Assembly (NCBI GenBank): GCA_028534125.1
Contig: CM052832.1
Location: 22,384,001-22,448,000 of the forward strand
DNA: 64,000 nt
Direction: 5' to 3'
From: Lama glama
Lineage: Eukaryota
The notes beneath the pieces are model-generated. The model was not told where the DNA came from, did no database searches, and saw only the letters and a program-made list of their open reading frames with translations. Positions 1-13,465 of this stretch are shown one piece after another; position 1 is the stretch's first letter, and each line of letters opens with the position of its first letter. The translations under genes were made by a program, and so were the position numbers.

Positions 1-704
1 TGCAAGGAAGAACACGAATGCCTGACATTCCAGCTTAGGAGGATGGATGTGCAGCCTGAACAACGGTGAGATAACTATTCCATGTTATTTCACAGGGAAA
101 TAAAGCCAGGAAGTAGGGGTAAATGCAACAAACCTCAGGGGGAAAAAAGATTCTGACAGTAAAAGCCCTGAATCCTGGGTTCATGCTTTTTTGTAGAACC
201 CCCTGCTCAACACCTGGGCTGAGATTCTTATTTGCAGCCACTCTGCTCTCTACCTAGCTGGCCTTCACCTCACAGGTATCAGATCATTTTCCATACAGTT
301 CAGCTAAGGTGAGGATGGAAATCCAAGAAGCACCTACGATAGGATATGAGATATTCCTGCACCCAGTCTCTTGTATCAGGATAATTCAAGCGCTCAGTTT
401 AATACCATCTACCTGGGTATGTATTGTCAGTCCTAGAATTCACTGCCACTGCCAGATGAGCATAGCAATCCACTTGCTTCCCACAGATCCCCAAGTGACA
501 CCTGCACTTAGCCTCTTCCTTAGAGCTGCCTCACGGATGCAGAAAGAGCCCAGGGCTAAGCAAAGTCCTCTATCTGCTTCTGAGATGGATTTTGCATTTC
601 CTAATAAACTGCAAAGTTTGAGATCGAGGATCCTGCCTGGATGGCTAACCCTCTCCAGGTTCATCGTTACTGGCTGAGAGGACTGAGTAATTAGAAAGAT
701 GACT

Positions 705-915
705 TGCATTTATTGAGCACTTACTATGTGCCAAGCATCATGCTACTTGCTTAACATAGGCAATTATGTAATCCTCTCAGCAAATCTTTGCTGGGCAAGT
801 TAACGTTACTTTTTAAAAAATAGCTTTATCTGTAAAATGGGCAAAAATTCAGTTGAGAAGTTACATAGCTTTCTATGGTTGGTCACATGCCAGAAGAGTT
901 GCCAAGCTCAGAGTA
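705..915 (-). mobile_element. MIR SINE
   Basis: CATTTATTGAGCACTTACTATGTGCCAAGCA...TAATCCTCTCAGCA...GGTCACATGCCAGAAGAGTTGCC. Confidence 0.6.
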
Positions 916-2659
916 GAAACCAAAACTATTTGGAGGTTATATATCCCTATCTTTGTATGTCTTTCCATATATCATGTATACATGTAAGTGTATCTCTATC
1001 TTTCATATATGAAAATGAATTTGTGTCTGGCATCAATGACCTTTAATATTTTATTAATTCATTACTAGCTGAATGTTAGATGTGTTAATTTGTCTGTTTA
1101 TCTCATCAGGCAGCATTCATTTGGACGATGTTTCTCTGCCATGACTTGGTGTACGCTCGAAGAATGCAAGCTTATTTTAACTGAATGCATTTCAAATGCA
1201 TCATCAGTACTGCCTGCCAGCCCCAACGCCCCTGCCCCTGAATCAGGAGGCAGTGTACCTGCAAGTGTGGGTCCATCTTTAGTCTAGGCTCGAGGTTTGT
1301 GGAGCCTTGACTGCTTCGCAGTGGCAAGTTGAGTCTGGGCTGATAGCACAGGGCCTGTTGTTTTAGGATCAGCTTCTCCTGTGAAGAGACATGTTAGCTA
1401 TTTTAAGCCTATTTTTGACCTCAGACTCTGTGCCTTGCCAGTGGTCTTCTTGTCTTTGCAGATGCTCCTGCAAACACAGATCCTAGACTGGACATGTTCT
1501 GACCTCTTTCCACCCCACTCTGTTCGCTTTGTCCAGATTACTGTCACTCTTTTCCCATCTCTCCCAGGTAGACCTTCTGTTTGGAATTTGGTATCTGGTC
1601 AACCTAGTTCCTGAGCTAGGCTACATGTTTGCTGAGAGTATGGGATAGCTCCTGTGGTTCAGTGCTTGGAACATAGTTGGCCTTCAATAAAAATGTTTTT
1701 GTGAACACGTAAGTGATTGAATAAAGAGTTCACTGTGGAAGATGTCCAATCCCTTCAGGCCAGCTGGTCTCCTGCCCCTATCCCTGCCTCACCAACCTGG
1801 TGCTACTACTGCCTAAACCCTTGAGTTATGCCAGTTAGAAACAAACTGGGGTCTCCACTGTCTTGACTTGGCCTGATTACCTTACCTCAGTTCACCCCAC
1901 TGGAAATGTCTGCCCCCTTAGGCAGCGCCTGTGGTAGGAGCACCTGCTTCACACACTGCAGTGCAGGGGCCCCTCACAAGCCGTGCAGAATGCTTTGTTA
2001 AAGTCACGCTCTGAGATTAGTGTCTTTCTATAGAGCTCCCCATCTCTCTTGTTCAGTGACACAGTGACGTTACGATACTCTCCCTGGGTAATATCCTAGA
2101 ATTTCCATGGCAAGGATTCCAGTGAGACAAACACACCTGTGTTTTAATTGTGTGTTTGCTTCAAGAACAGCAAGAAAGAAAAGTTTTTGTTTAATACCCC
2201 CAGGGTCAATACGTGGCAAAGGAGAAAAACGATGTAAGAAGTGAAAGTTGCCGGAAGTGTAGTCTTTGGTATCCACACTAAAAAACAAACAAAAATTGCA
2301 GCCGGGTTCCGCCCTTCCCCTGCTTTCTCTGGCCCAGACATAATCTCTGTACTGCGGAGTATTTAATTACGCACAGTAAACTTGTGGTTGCAAGTCAAGG
2401 GGCTGGTCTGGGAAAGAGTTTTTGTACCACATGTGAAAACTCTGACCTCACACAACATCGGAGTCATGAAAAAAAAAATTATTTCTAAATACCAAAGTCA
2501 AAACAGGGTGAAGAAATGCTAAGGAAGGCTATTATGAATGGGAAAGTCTTATTTAACTTAATAAAACTTTTGTCTGGCTTGGCTGGAAAATGGTGTAGGC
2601 TACTCAATGAAACAGTTATTTAATAGAGAGCTTTGTCTAGAGATTTAAGAACATGGACC

Positions 2660-2870
2660 GATGGCCTTACGTGCCAGGGTTCAAATCTTGACTATGCCTT
2701 TTACTAGTTGTGTGATCGTGGCAAATTATTTAACCCTCTTTGTGCCTCCATTGTCTGATCTGTAAAGTGGGGATACTCTTAGGGATATGGTGAGGTTTAA
2801 AAAAAAATAACAGACAAAAAAAGCTTAAAAGAGTGCATGGCACTGAGCAATAATTATAGTAATGACTGAC
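2660..2870 (+). mobile_element. MIR SINE
   Basis: GGGTTCAAATCTTGACT...TTACTAGTTGTGTGATCGTGGCAAATTATTTAACC...ATCTGTAAAGTGGGGATA. Confidence 0.75.
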
Positions 2871-4773
2871 AATAACTGTTAGGTATTAGTATTATTATTT
2901 TAATCGTGCTTTTCAAGGAATTAAAATATAACCTAACTTTTGTTTAACATGATTGAATCTTTCTTGGATAATGAATGTGGAGTCTTGCAGTACTGTGTTG
3001 GCATCACTGTAATTCTGTTAGGAAGTTAACATTAGTTTAAGCTGGACCTCACTGCATAATAGAAATTGGGATGTAAGTCCCTGCCTCACTCAGTGGTCAT
3101 CCAACTGGCGCATGGTCAATCCGTATCTGAATGTCAATATACTAATTTATATATAATGAGTCAGAATTTACCACCAAATTGAAGACCTATTTGCCTGGCT
3201 CAGTCAATCTACTCCCTTCTTTTGTGAGGAAGCCAAATTAAGATTCTCTGGCTGGTTTATGGACACAGGGATATGAGTGATCACTAGGCCATTTCCATGG
3301 AGTGGTGGTGACTGACTAAATTACCCACACGTACCCGATACACATCACACTTTCAGCATTCCACCGAGCTTAATCTTTGCGCGGGAAAAGAAGCAATTAA
3401 AAATTTCTAACTCTCCAATTCTTCTTTCCTAGATTCCTTTTAGAGCCATGCCTACCTCTCAGGTCCTTTGCCAGGGCAATTCCTCATCGCACGTCAACCT
3501 GTGGGGCTGTTCTTTCAAATAGGTTATCATTTCAAGTGTCCACTGAGTAAATTTTCACTTCCTAATAACATTTAAAGGGGCCCCTTAATTCCAGTATTAA
3601 AATGCCCCAGAATCACAGTCTGAAGTCCTACAATAAAGAGTTTTCTCCTCTTTAACGAGTGTCATTTTCTGATGCTTCCTGATGCAGAGCAACCATTTTG
3701 GTTGCCATGTGACTCTCTGCCTACCGCCCACTGGTCTCTCTCTCATCATTGCATCACCTGTCATTTTGCTGGTAAACTGAGAAGTGCCATTTACTAGATA
3801 ATTCTGGTCAATAAAACGTCAGGTAGACTAGATTTACTATATCTTTTAAATGAGTAGTCCATAAAATAAAATCCTCTAAGCCAGATCAGAAGACAGCTTA
3901 TTAAAGAAACAGATCTGTGAAAGTAAAAAGGGGCAGTGTGTCATTCTTAAGGTAACTCGGGTCTGCTTATTATTCCATTTACATTGATTTCAGCAAACAA
4001 ACATCATAAGCACCATGTCCGCTCTCCGACCCCCCCCCCCCCTTTTTTAAGTGCCTTGCTCCAGAAGATTTGTTTCAAAAAGGATATAGCCAAACTGGGA
4101 TTTTAACAATATTTGTGCCATAAAGTGTTTAATGTTTTATTAAGACGAATCACACTTGAGAAACGATTGACCGACTAATGGGAAGTCACAAAAATATTAA
4201 CTATGAGAAGCTCATTTAAATAGAGACAGACGTGAACCCTGCTGATTGTCAAAAGTTTTCAAAGACAGTTTCTCTGGAGTAAGCAGGGTCCTGCAGACTG
4301 TGTCCATCTGTCTTCAAGAAAGATTACGGAAGGAAATGGTCCTGTGAAAACACCATTTGGAATTACTGAGCTCTTGATCACTTGTAGATCTCAGTGGGAA
4401 ATCAGAATAGCAATGGGCTCAGATGGGAATCACCAGTGCCAAGAACATTTTTTTTTAATTTGGATTAATAGGTGGCCGGAACAAAAATAAAATTACATTT
4501 ATTAAAGAGGGAATATGCTTCACTCTTCTCTTTGAATCACATAATGGGAGTTTTCTAGTCTTCTCAAAGCCGTCCTTGGTGGTCTTTCCTTATCACAGTG
4601 AGTTAAACCGAAAAGTGGATTGCACTCCGTTTATCTTCCCCTCCGTTCCCAGTTCCTGAACTCCTGCTCTCAGTTTCTAATACTCCAAGCTAAACACTTT
4701 AGTGGGGCTCTAAGACATACAGTCTACATTCCTGCTTAAACTTCACTAGTGAATTAGAGAAAGCATCATGACT

Positions 4774-4887
4774 GTTTTTTAAAAAAATTTTTTTTGAAGG
4801 GGAGGTACTTAGGTTTATTTATTTTGTTAATGGACCTCATGGATGCTCGGCACACGCTCTACCACTGAGCTATATACCCTCTTTCCC
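4774..4887 (-). mobile_element. Camelid Vic-1-like tRNA-derived SINE (internally deleted)
   Basis: Minus strand GGGAAAGAGGGTATATAGCTCAGTGGTAGAGCGTGTGCC...AAATAAACCTAAGTACCTCCCC followed by an A tail. TSD GCATCATGACT at 4763-4773 and 4888-4898. Confidence 0.85.
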
Positions 4888-7552
4888 GCATCATGACTCT
4901 TATAAGGCAATTGTAAGGTGTTTGGTAACACAATGTGTGTCATGTTCCTATTATTTCCTTAAGCTTAGACCACAGAAATTCCAGTGAAGGAAGGGAGCTT
5001 AGATAGCAAATTTATCCCTTTCTTATTTTACATAGAAGAAATTAAGGCCCAGAGAAGTGAAATGAGATTTTTGTACTTTATGCTCATTTTTTTTCTTTAG
5101 GGAAAAAAAAGTCTCAATTTAGTGATGGGGAAGTCTGAGTTTGCAAAAAAGTATAAAGAAGTTGGTTTTAAGACTATTGAAAAGCCATCCTAGTGTGTTA
5201 TCTTTCAGAAGCTACCTTGTGATTATATATAGGTCTCCAGGATCCAGATGCACTCATAACTATTTGTTGAGTGATTAAATGAATGGAAGAATGTGTTCCA
5301 TGTCAGTATTACAAATAAGTTCACGGATAATGGCGACATACAGTTCATGGAAATGTGTGAAATAATACATTTCAGAAGGACAATGCAAAGTTGTCTGTGT
5401 CCAAAAATTATAGTTGTGTACAAATGTATTTATGAATGTTACTGAAGCCCTGGAAAGAACATGAAGTGATGTATGATTTAAGGTCTTCTGAAATGCTACT
5501 TCAATTTATGTGAAAATCAATTTGGTTTCAGGATTATGCTCTTTCTTGGCTTAACTGGATGACCATTTTTCCCCCCACATCTTGCTTTACATTTTGCTTT
5601 AAAGGTACATAATGAGGGAAGATTATCTAACTAGGACAAACTTTGCTCCATGTTGCTTTTGGGGAGTGTAGGAGAAATTCCTGTGCAGAACACAATGTTC
5701 ATCTCATATCCATCTTTACTGCCAAAGAAATACACAGGTCTGGCTTCCTAGCTGACTTTCTACCCTTGGAGACTCCCAGGAATTGTTCCTACTGCAACAT
5801 CACACATCATCTCCCCTGGGTCAGCTCAGAGCTTGAAGGAAGTAGCTTGTGAACACAAGTGCCACCTGCGGTAAACATAACTGATAGCTCTATCAGCCCA
5901 GATCACTTCCTGGGTCCTGCCTGCGGAGGACCACGTACGTGCTGTCTTCTTATTCCACGTTCTGTTTATCTCATCTGTTCAAAGACACTTTCATAGCCAG
6001 TCCTCCTCCCAATTCAGATGCTAATCCAGTACAAAAAATAAATAAATAAAATGAGCCTTCCTGAAAATGAGCCACAGCTAAGGAGCCTTGTTAAACAAAG
6101 CAAAAAACACTTTGACAAAATTAATAATTGGTAGAGAGGAAAAAAAGAAATGTTCAGTTTCTGGGTTGTTTTTTTTTCCCCCTTCTGCTTGGCATAGGGC
6201 TGTTTATGTAATAAGGATGAAATGGGTTGTAGAGGGTAGGGACCCAACAATGCTTGAGAGGCTGGCTGGGAGAACAGCCTCCAAGGCAGCGCCATTCAAC
6301 TGCCTTCAGTCATTTCCTATTTTTAATATTAAAGGAATATGGAGAGAAACAGGACAGAACATAGCGTTCTGGGAAACCAGTAATCAAATGGCCTAAAGCT
6401 AATGTTTACTTTTTGGAATGTTTTACGAAGGCAATACTTGGAGATGTGAAAAAGAGAGTGCGCACCTAATAATAGCCTTTCAGTGGTGGCAACAGAAAAG
6501 CAGCACAGACGTGATAATTGAATTTGGTTTGGATGGTCAAAATCTGTGTGATCCTACAGCTGTATTTTCTAAACCATCCGCTTGACTTTTAATACATGTT
6601 CTACATTTTGTTTCCTTTGCCCATTGCTGCATTTGAAAATCGCTAATTACCTCGCAAGCCTGTTCCATTTTCCTTTGCTACTATTTTTTTTCTTTCCCTC
6701 TTACAAAGGAAGATGTTTTGCCTTCATTACTTCTCAGTCCTCAGTTCTCTCACCTAGCCCTCAAAGCAGGTCAACAGGGGATTTGGGTCAAAGCAGACCC
6801 TGAAATTATCTTCATGGGAAAAATATGAGAAAAATCAGTAAGTCCAGCCCCATCCCCCAGGAATATGGGTTGATGCCTGCTTGCACTTTGCCCTGCATAA
6901 CTCAACTCAGTGCGCATGACAGGCAAACAAAGGAATGGGAGAGTTTTTGTGGCACTTAATTCAAGATTAAGTATCATCTGAATGATGAAGCCTGGGTTCC
7001 AAAGTAGTGGAATAATTCTACTTATATATTCTGAGTCCTTATTCTGTTTTGTATATTTATGTCCTCAAACCCTTTTCGGAATCTTCCAAGAGAAGAATCT
7101 CCATGTGTCCCCATAGATGTTTATTTGACCTTGGGCTGCTGTAAAGAGCAGTGCTGTGTCCTTGGTATAATTTAATATCGCTCTCTAATGTTTATACTAT
7201 GAATTCTGGACATCTGGGAGCTCTTAGGATGACTCTGGAATTTGAACAGTAGTCTCATATATGTGGGCTTGCATAAACTCGCAATAGTAAGGAAATAAAA
7301 GATCTAGTATAGCTGTACTCAGAAAAATTATTAGACTATGTTCATCTTCTTCATTTTTTGTTTCTTGGTAGCCCAGAATGATAACCTTTGACATTTGAAT
7401 AAAATGTTCATAAAGTATTTCCAAATACCTTCTCCCATTTGATCTACACAATTTGTTGTGCACTCTACGCACAACACTTAAGCTGAGGTGAGGGAACTGA
7501 GTGACTCAGGGTAAAATTGCTAATGAGGGGTGGAGCTGGGACAAAGAGCCAC

Positions 7553-7760
7553 CCATTCATCCTTTCACTCATTTGTTCACCAACACTTACTGAGTACCTA
7601 TTATGTGCCAGATGTGATGTTAGGTGCTGAAAATACAACCCAATTCTTGCCCTCAAGGAGTTTATCATCCATTGGATATGACAGATATACACTAAAACTA
7701 AATAATTATTTAACTGCAGTTGTGATATATACTCTGAAGGAAAAGTAGAGGAAACAATAA
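7553..7760 (-). mobile_element. L2 3' end
   Basis: CATTCATCCTTTCACTCATTTGTTCACCAACACTTACTGAGTACCTATTATGTGCCAGA...TGCCCTCAAGGAGTTTA. Confidence 0.75.
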
Positions 7761-8289
7761 AGATAGAGAACAGGAGGCCTGTTTTAATCAGTGAATTGCA
7801 AGAAACAGGATCTGCTTTAGCTAGCTTAAGGAGAAAAGGATTTTTAGAGGGTCTAAGTAGTTTACTGAAACTTCAGGGGGGACAAGTAAACAGGCTAGGA
7901 TGGGACCATCAGGAGTTACAGCAACCAGAAATATCATCAAATCTGCTACTGGATGGCTATGGTGGAAATCTCACTGTTTCTTCCTCTTGTTACTCATCAT
8001 GAGGTTCCTATGATGTTAGAGATACTAGAACCCCGACCAGAACCTTGACCGCAAAAGGACCAAGTATCTCTGCAGCTGTACTTGCAAGAAGAGCTAACAA
8101 ATGCAGTGCCTTCACGTGCCCTTCCCCAGCCACCCTGCCAGCCCTGCTTTCCACAGCTCACTTCTTCTACTGAGCCTGATGCTGATGCATCTGCTTGGCA
8201 GAACATAGACCATGTCCACAACTTGTTGCAACAGTTAAAAAAATGCATTTTTGTTTGTTTGTTTAGCTTTCTAACATTTGTAACATTTC

Positions 8290-8734
8290 TAACATTATCC
8301 TGATACCAAAACCAGACAAAGACATTACAAAAAAAATTACAGGCCAATATCTCTGATGAATATATAAGCAAAAATCCTCAACAAAATATTCACAAACTGA
8401 ATTCAACAATTTATCAAAAGGATCATTAACCATGACCAAAGGGGATTTATTCGAGATGCAAGGATGGTTCAATAAATATTCACAAATCTATTAATGTGAC
8501 ATATCATATTAACAAAATGAAGGATAAAAATCACATGATCATCTCAATAGATTCAGAAAAAGCATTTAACAAAATTTCAGCACTCATTCATGATAAAAAC
8601 TCTCATCAAAGTTGGTATAGAGGGAAGAAAGCTCAACATAATAAAAGCCATTTATAACAAACCCTCAGCTAACATCATACTCCTTGTCTTGATCCTGATT
8701 TTAGAGGAAAGGCTCTCAGCTTTTCATCGAGTAT
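8290..8734 (+). mobile_element. L1 ORF2 (RT region) fragment with inverted terminal 52 bp
   Basis: CCTGATACCAAAACCAGACAAAGAC...ACAGGCCAATATCTCTGATGAA...GATGCAAGGATGGTTCAA is typical L1 ORF2. 8683-8734 is the next L1 segment in reverse orientation. Confidence 0.9.
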
Positions 8735-8959
8735 CACCTCTGAGAGGTTGAACTGCCAAACAAGGGAGTCAGTCCTTTGCTTTCCATCAGCCTGTTAGCT
8801 CTCTATGAGAGTTGGTCAATCTACCTTTTAGAATATCTCACTTTCTCTGAAAAGAGTCCAGCAATTAATTTAGAGATTACTGATACCGTAAGATCCCAAG
8901 ATCTATGAGGAAAGGTAGAAAGACCAATAGAATAGGACTCTGAGGACTTGGGTCACTCT

Positions 8960-9310
8960 CTAGATTAAAATCCACTAATGGCTTCCCACTGACTTTAGGA
9001 AGCAATCTAAATTACATAATTTGTTCCCAAAGTCCTTTTTGACCTCTGTTTACATCCTTTGATATGCTCTGGCTACACTGGGCTTCTTTCAGTAATTCCA
9101 ATGCCTAAAGCTCTATCCTGCACTGGGATCTTCCAACAAGCTGTCCCCAGCACATGAAATTGTTTTTCCTCCAGACCTGCATCCCTTCACCTAGCTGTTT
9201 CAAACTCCCCAACATCTTTCCAATGTCAGCTGAACTCAAATCCTGGGGAAGCCAACGATCACCCCCAGACTAAATTAGGATCTTGAGGCAGTACTTTGGG
9301 TTTCCTGTGT
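8960..9310 (+). mobile_element. L2 fragment
   Basis: TTAAAATCCACTAATGGCTTCCCACTGAC...ATGCTCTGGCTACACTGGGCTTCTTTCAGT. Confidence 0.6.
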
Positions 9311-11949
9311 ACCATCCACCCCAAACCCGACCTATGGGATCTTTTCCGTATATAAATTTATAATCTTATTCCCCTCTTGGAGAGTTATGATATGTATTAA
9401 TATTGGAAGAAACTCTACAGCAAAAAAAAAAAGGAAAACAAACATAAACAACAAAAGCAAACATGAACTTTAACTTAGTTTTCAAATTTGATTGAAATCA
9501 CAAAATCTTAGTACTAGAGGAACCTCAGAAGGTTATTGTGTCTTTTGGACAGAATCACAACTTAGTGATACTTGGTAGAGAATATATCCCATTTCCAAGC
9601 ATGATCAGTTCCTGTTTCTATGGCTGGTTTTTTTGGTTACATACTTAACAATTTTCTCCATCACAGTAGTCTCCCTTAGAGTAAACCTAAAAGCTTCTTC
9701 CTCTGAAGTGTACCCTTTTCTCTTTCTCTCTCTCTCTCCCCTCCCTCAAGCCCACCCATGGAGTTTGGAAATAACTCATCACCATGTGCTGTTATAACAG
9801 AGAGTTCCTCTTAGGGAGAAGTAGACATATCTGGGAGTGGCTTACAGGATACCCCTTTCTAACAACTGCTCTTAAAATACAGGAGTTGACGCCCAGCTGC
9901 CATGTCTATATTGCTCCTGGCCTCACAATCAATGCAGAGCTGCTCAGAGACATAACAGATTCTCTCTCCCTGGAGCAAGAGAGACATGCCTCAGAACAGC
10001 AGAGCTGAGTCACCTTGATGTCAGGGCCTTGGAGAGAAGGTTTTGACCTTCCCCCAAATTATTTAGTTTGGTTTGATTGGTTCAGTTTTCTTTTGCATTC
10101 AGTGAGTTACCCTAGTCCCTTCAAGTAAGTTCCCTTTCAGCTAGAGTCAGTTTTTGCTACTTGGATCCCAAAGAAGTTCAGCTATTGGGCTGAGAGAGAC
10201 CCAATATCTTATCTGCCTTCTGGCAGTGTACCGTGGCAAAGTGGAGCGAATATTGGTCAAATCCCCCAAATTTCTGGAGAAAAATACTAGGGTTGTGAGT
10301 ATCCATTCCAATTTACCAGGAGATTAAGTACAAAATTGGATTCATGCTCTGGTCCTTCCCACTAACTCACTTCAAGTCACTTTTTCCCCTGTACCTGCTT
10401 CCCTCCGGCTTCTAGGGGCCTTGTGGACGTTTTAGTTTAAATCCACCAGAGAAGAGATTTTATTTTCACTTAGCCCTCTTCTATAAGCAGAATGGTCTTA
10501 TCTAGTCATTTTTCCTTGCAATATTTCTTTTTTTTTTTTTTTTTTGGCCATTTCCAACTTCTCTGAAATCCTCGGCCAGGCACTTCACACTATACTGAAC
10601 TCTTTAGGAAGTGACTTAGTCATGTAGAGATGTGTATAGAGTTCTCTAGCATGGAGTCCAAGAAAGGCTTCAATTTTATCCCAACATCTGGATAGGCACA
10701 TTTAACTAAACTATGCATTTTGGAAAGATTCCAAAGCACCTGAGGGTAGTTGCAGTACCTTCGAGGTTTGCAGTAATGCAAAGATTTATATGCAGCATTT
10801 ACCCCATGCTGGTTCAGACTCTTATTCTTTTTCATCATTTGATTTATATACCTGCTCAAAGTTTTTCAATTGTAGGTAAGAGCTCTGTGTCAGCCTCTGA
10901 ATATTAGCTGCCCAGAAGACACATCTTGTCTCCCACTGCCCTGCAGTGCCCAGCACAAAGCCAGGCAGGGACATAGGCATAAGGAACTGTCATTATATTT
11001 TCAAAGGCTAAAATAGAGCAGCCAAGTGCCAGGAATCAGGATGTATTCATTGTATTATCAAGCATCTTGGTGCTTCACAATTCCCCAAAGAAAAAGACTC
11101 CCACACAAAACGAGGAAGTTTGGGGAAATGTTCACTGGCGCTCAGTCACGGGGTGGTTTGGTTGACAGGCTTGTCTTCAGTACCATTCATGTGCCATCCA
11201 TGTGCCAACCTGGTTTGCCCAGGAAGTTGGAGTGGGACACTTCCATCCTCAATTTGCAACCCCTCTTTGTGCAAGGCTGATAGGCTTTCGGATCTTTCAG
11301 GATCATTTTCTACTCTCTAGGGTAAAGGTAGTGCCAGAGAGGAGTGATGGCCAGGAGAACCATTTTTCCTCACCTTCCCTACACCCAGTCTGTTTTGGGT
11401 GCCCCTTTACTGTGTTCTCACAGTGCTCTGTGCCCTAAATGGAACTTGTGCACTCGGTCTTGCTGACCTGACCCTGAGCGCTCGGCAGATAGGGCTGTGA
11501 ATTCTTTGTGTCACTAGTGTGTAGCCTGGGTAGGCATGGAACAATCATTTGTTTAACGTTGGCTTTTTCAAGTATACTCACCTGGCTCCATCACTTAGCT
11601 TTATGTATTATTTGGGGTTGGATTATTGCCTGTGCCACTTGATAAAGAAAAAACACCCTCACATGCTATGTGTGCCCCTGAATATCTGCTCTCTCTATCC
11701 TGAAGAGCCACTAGGGACTGAGCTGCAGAAAGAGAGAGAGGATCAGATTATGAGTAGCAAGCATCCCAGCTGGTGACTTATACCTGAAAGCTGTTCTTTC
11801 ACGGTCCATTAGACTCCAGCCTTGAACTGGTGACATCTCTTTGATATTAAGGGTAAAGCTGAAAAAAATGGAAAAGGAAACACACCAAGGTTTCTTATGG
11901 AAGTGATGTAATAGAGACAGCCCTGGACACTCGACTTAACCATGTTTTA

Positions 11950-12375
11950 GGATAGCTATTATATACTGAGGGTTTGCTATGTGCCAAGCAAAGGATTAAT
12001 CACTTTATAACCACTGTCTCATTCAATCCTAATAAACCTCTGAAATTACTATTATCCTTCTTTTACAGATAAAGAAACTGAGGCTAAGAAAGAGTGAGAA
12101 AATTTTCCAAGGGGTCGCAGTATTATCTCTCTATCCCAGAACAAGGATATAGATGTAAGAATGAACTCCAACACATGTACTCCTGATCCATAAACCTTTT
12201 ATGGCAAAGGATGGGAACTTACAAGCTATGTGATGTTGGCCAGGGAGTTTAACCCCTCTGAGCCTTGGTTTACTGGAAAGAAATTTAGAAACGGCAATGC
12301 TACCCCATAGGATTACTATGAGATGACAATACATGAAAGCAGAAGCATGATCCTGGCACATGGAAGGCATTAAAT
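11950..12375. mobile_element. Two MIR fragments in opposite orientation
   Basis: TTTTACAGATAAAGAAACTGAGGCT at ~12060, and AGCTATGTGATGTTGGCC...TTTAACCCCTCTGAGCCTTGGTTT...CCTGGCACATGGAAGG at 12220-12370. Confidence 0.7.
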
Positions 12376-12989
12376 ATTTTTTTCCTCCTCCTTAGGGCTG
12401 CACATGCCTTAGGCACTCAGAAAACCAACTGAGTGATAAATATGCTGGCAGGGAGACAAACAGAAGTGACACGACGTCCTGGTCCCCTTGGAGCTGGCAT
12501 GGGCATTGAGATGCTGTTCTGACCCTTGGGGTAGGGGCCTGGGGTGCACACATAGGCAGGTCAGACGGTCTACAGCCTTCTGAGGAATGACTTGATGGTA
12601 ACTATATAGCCATTGTCCCACACCTGCCTCTCGCACTCACAAATCTGCCGTTAGGGTACAATGGATACGAATGTGTAACTAAATGCACTCTCGTGCTCAT
12701 GTATGTGTGTGTGTGAAACACAGTTTTCCATCTTATCAAAAGGTTCCCTCACTGGGGACATTTGATAGCTTTGATGCCACTGAACTCATTATTACCTTCT
12801 GCTAGACATGAATTCTGCATAATTTTAAAAAATTAATTCAAGTTCAAACAGAGGAAAACCCTGATTTCACTTTTACCTTCACCTAGGGACTGTGAATGAG
12901 GAGACGGGATGAGTTAACCCACTGTTTTGCTCAGTGCTGCATTGCAATCACCTAGAACATTGCCCAGTGATTCTTAGTGTGATGAATAG

Positions 12990-13465
12990 GGTCAGAGCAA
13001 TGGCCTAGCCCACCTTCCACGCTGTCACTGGAATTACCTTTCCGGAACACACCTGTCACTGACACATTTCCAGTCTCATTTCTTACTCAATCACTAGTAG
13101 TTTCCGCAGAAGCCTACATACTGTTGTGATTATGAACCTTTACGTGTGCTGTTCTTTCTTCGTCAGTTCCCTCACCACTACCCACTTAACAAACTCATGA
13201 GGTCATTTGCAACCTCATTTGTGCAACCTTCCCAGTTTTTCCCTGGTAAAATAAGGGATTCTTATTTCTTCTGCTCCTGAGGCACTTTGTGTCTGCCTCT
13301 CTCCTAGCACTTGGTTCTCTTAGTAACGATGCTGTGATGATCTTATGCTGGTTTCTTCCCCTTGACCATCACCTCCTAGACGGCAGGGAGCCTCACTGTT
13401 TTTCAATTCCCTTGGGCAATACCTACAGATACTTACAGAAACTGTTTGTTGAATGACTAAATGAA
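12990..13465 (+). mobile_element. L2 fragment with 3' end
   Basis: Pyrimidine-rich body ending CTCCTAGACGGCAGGGA...TGTTTGTTGAATGACTAAATGAA. Confidence 0.55.
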
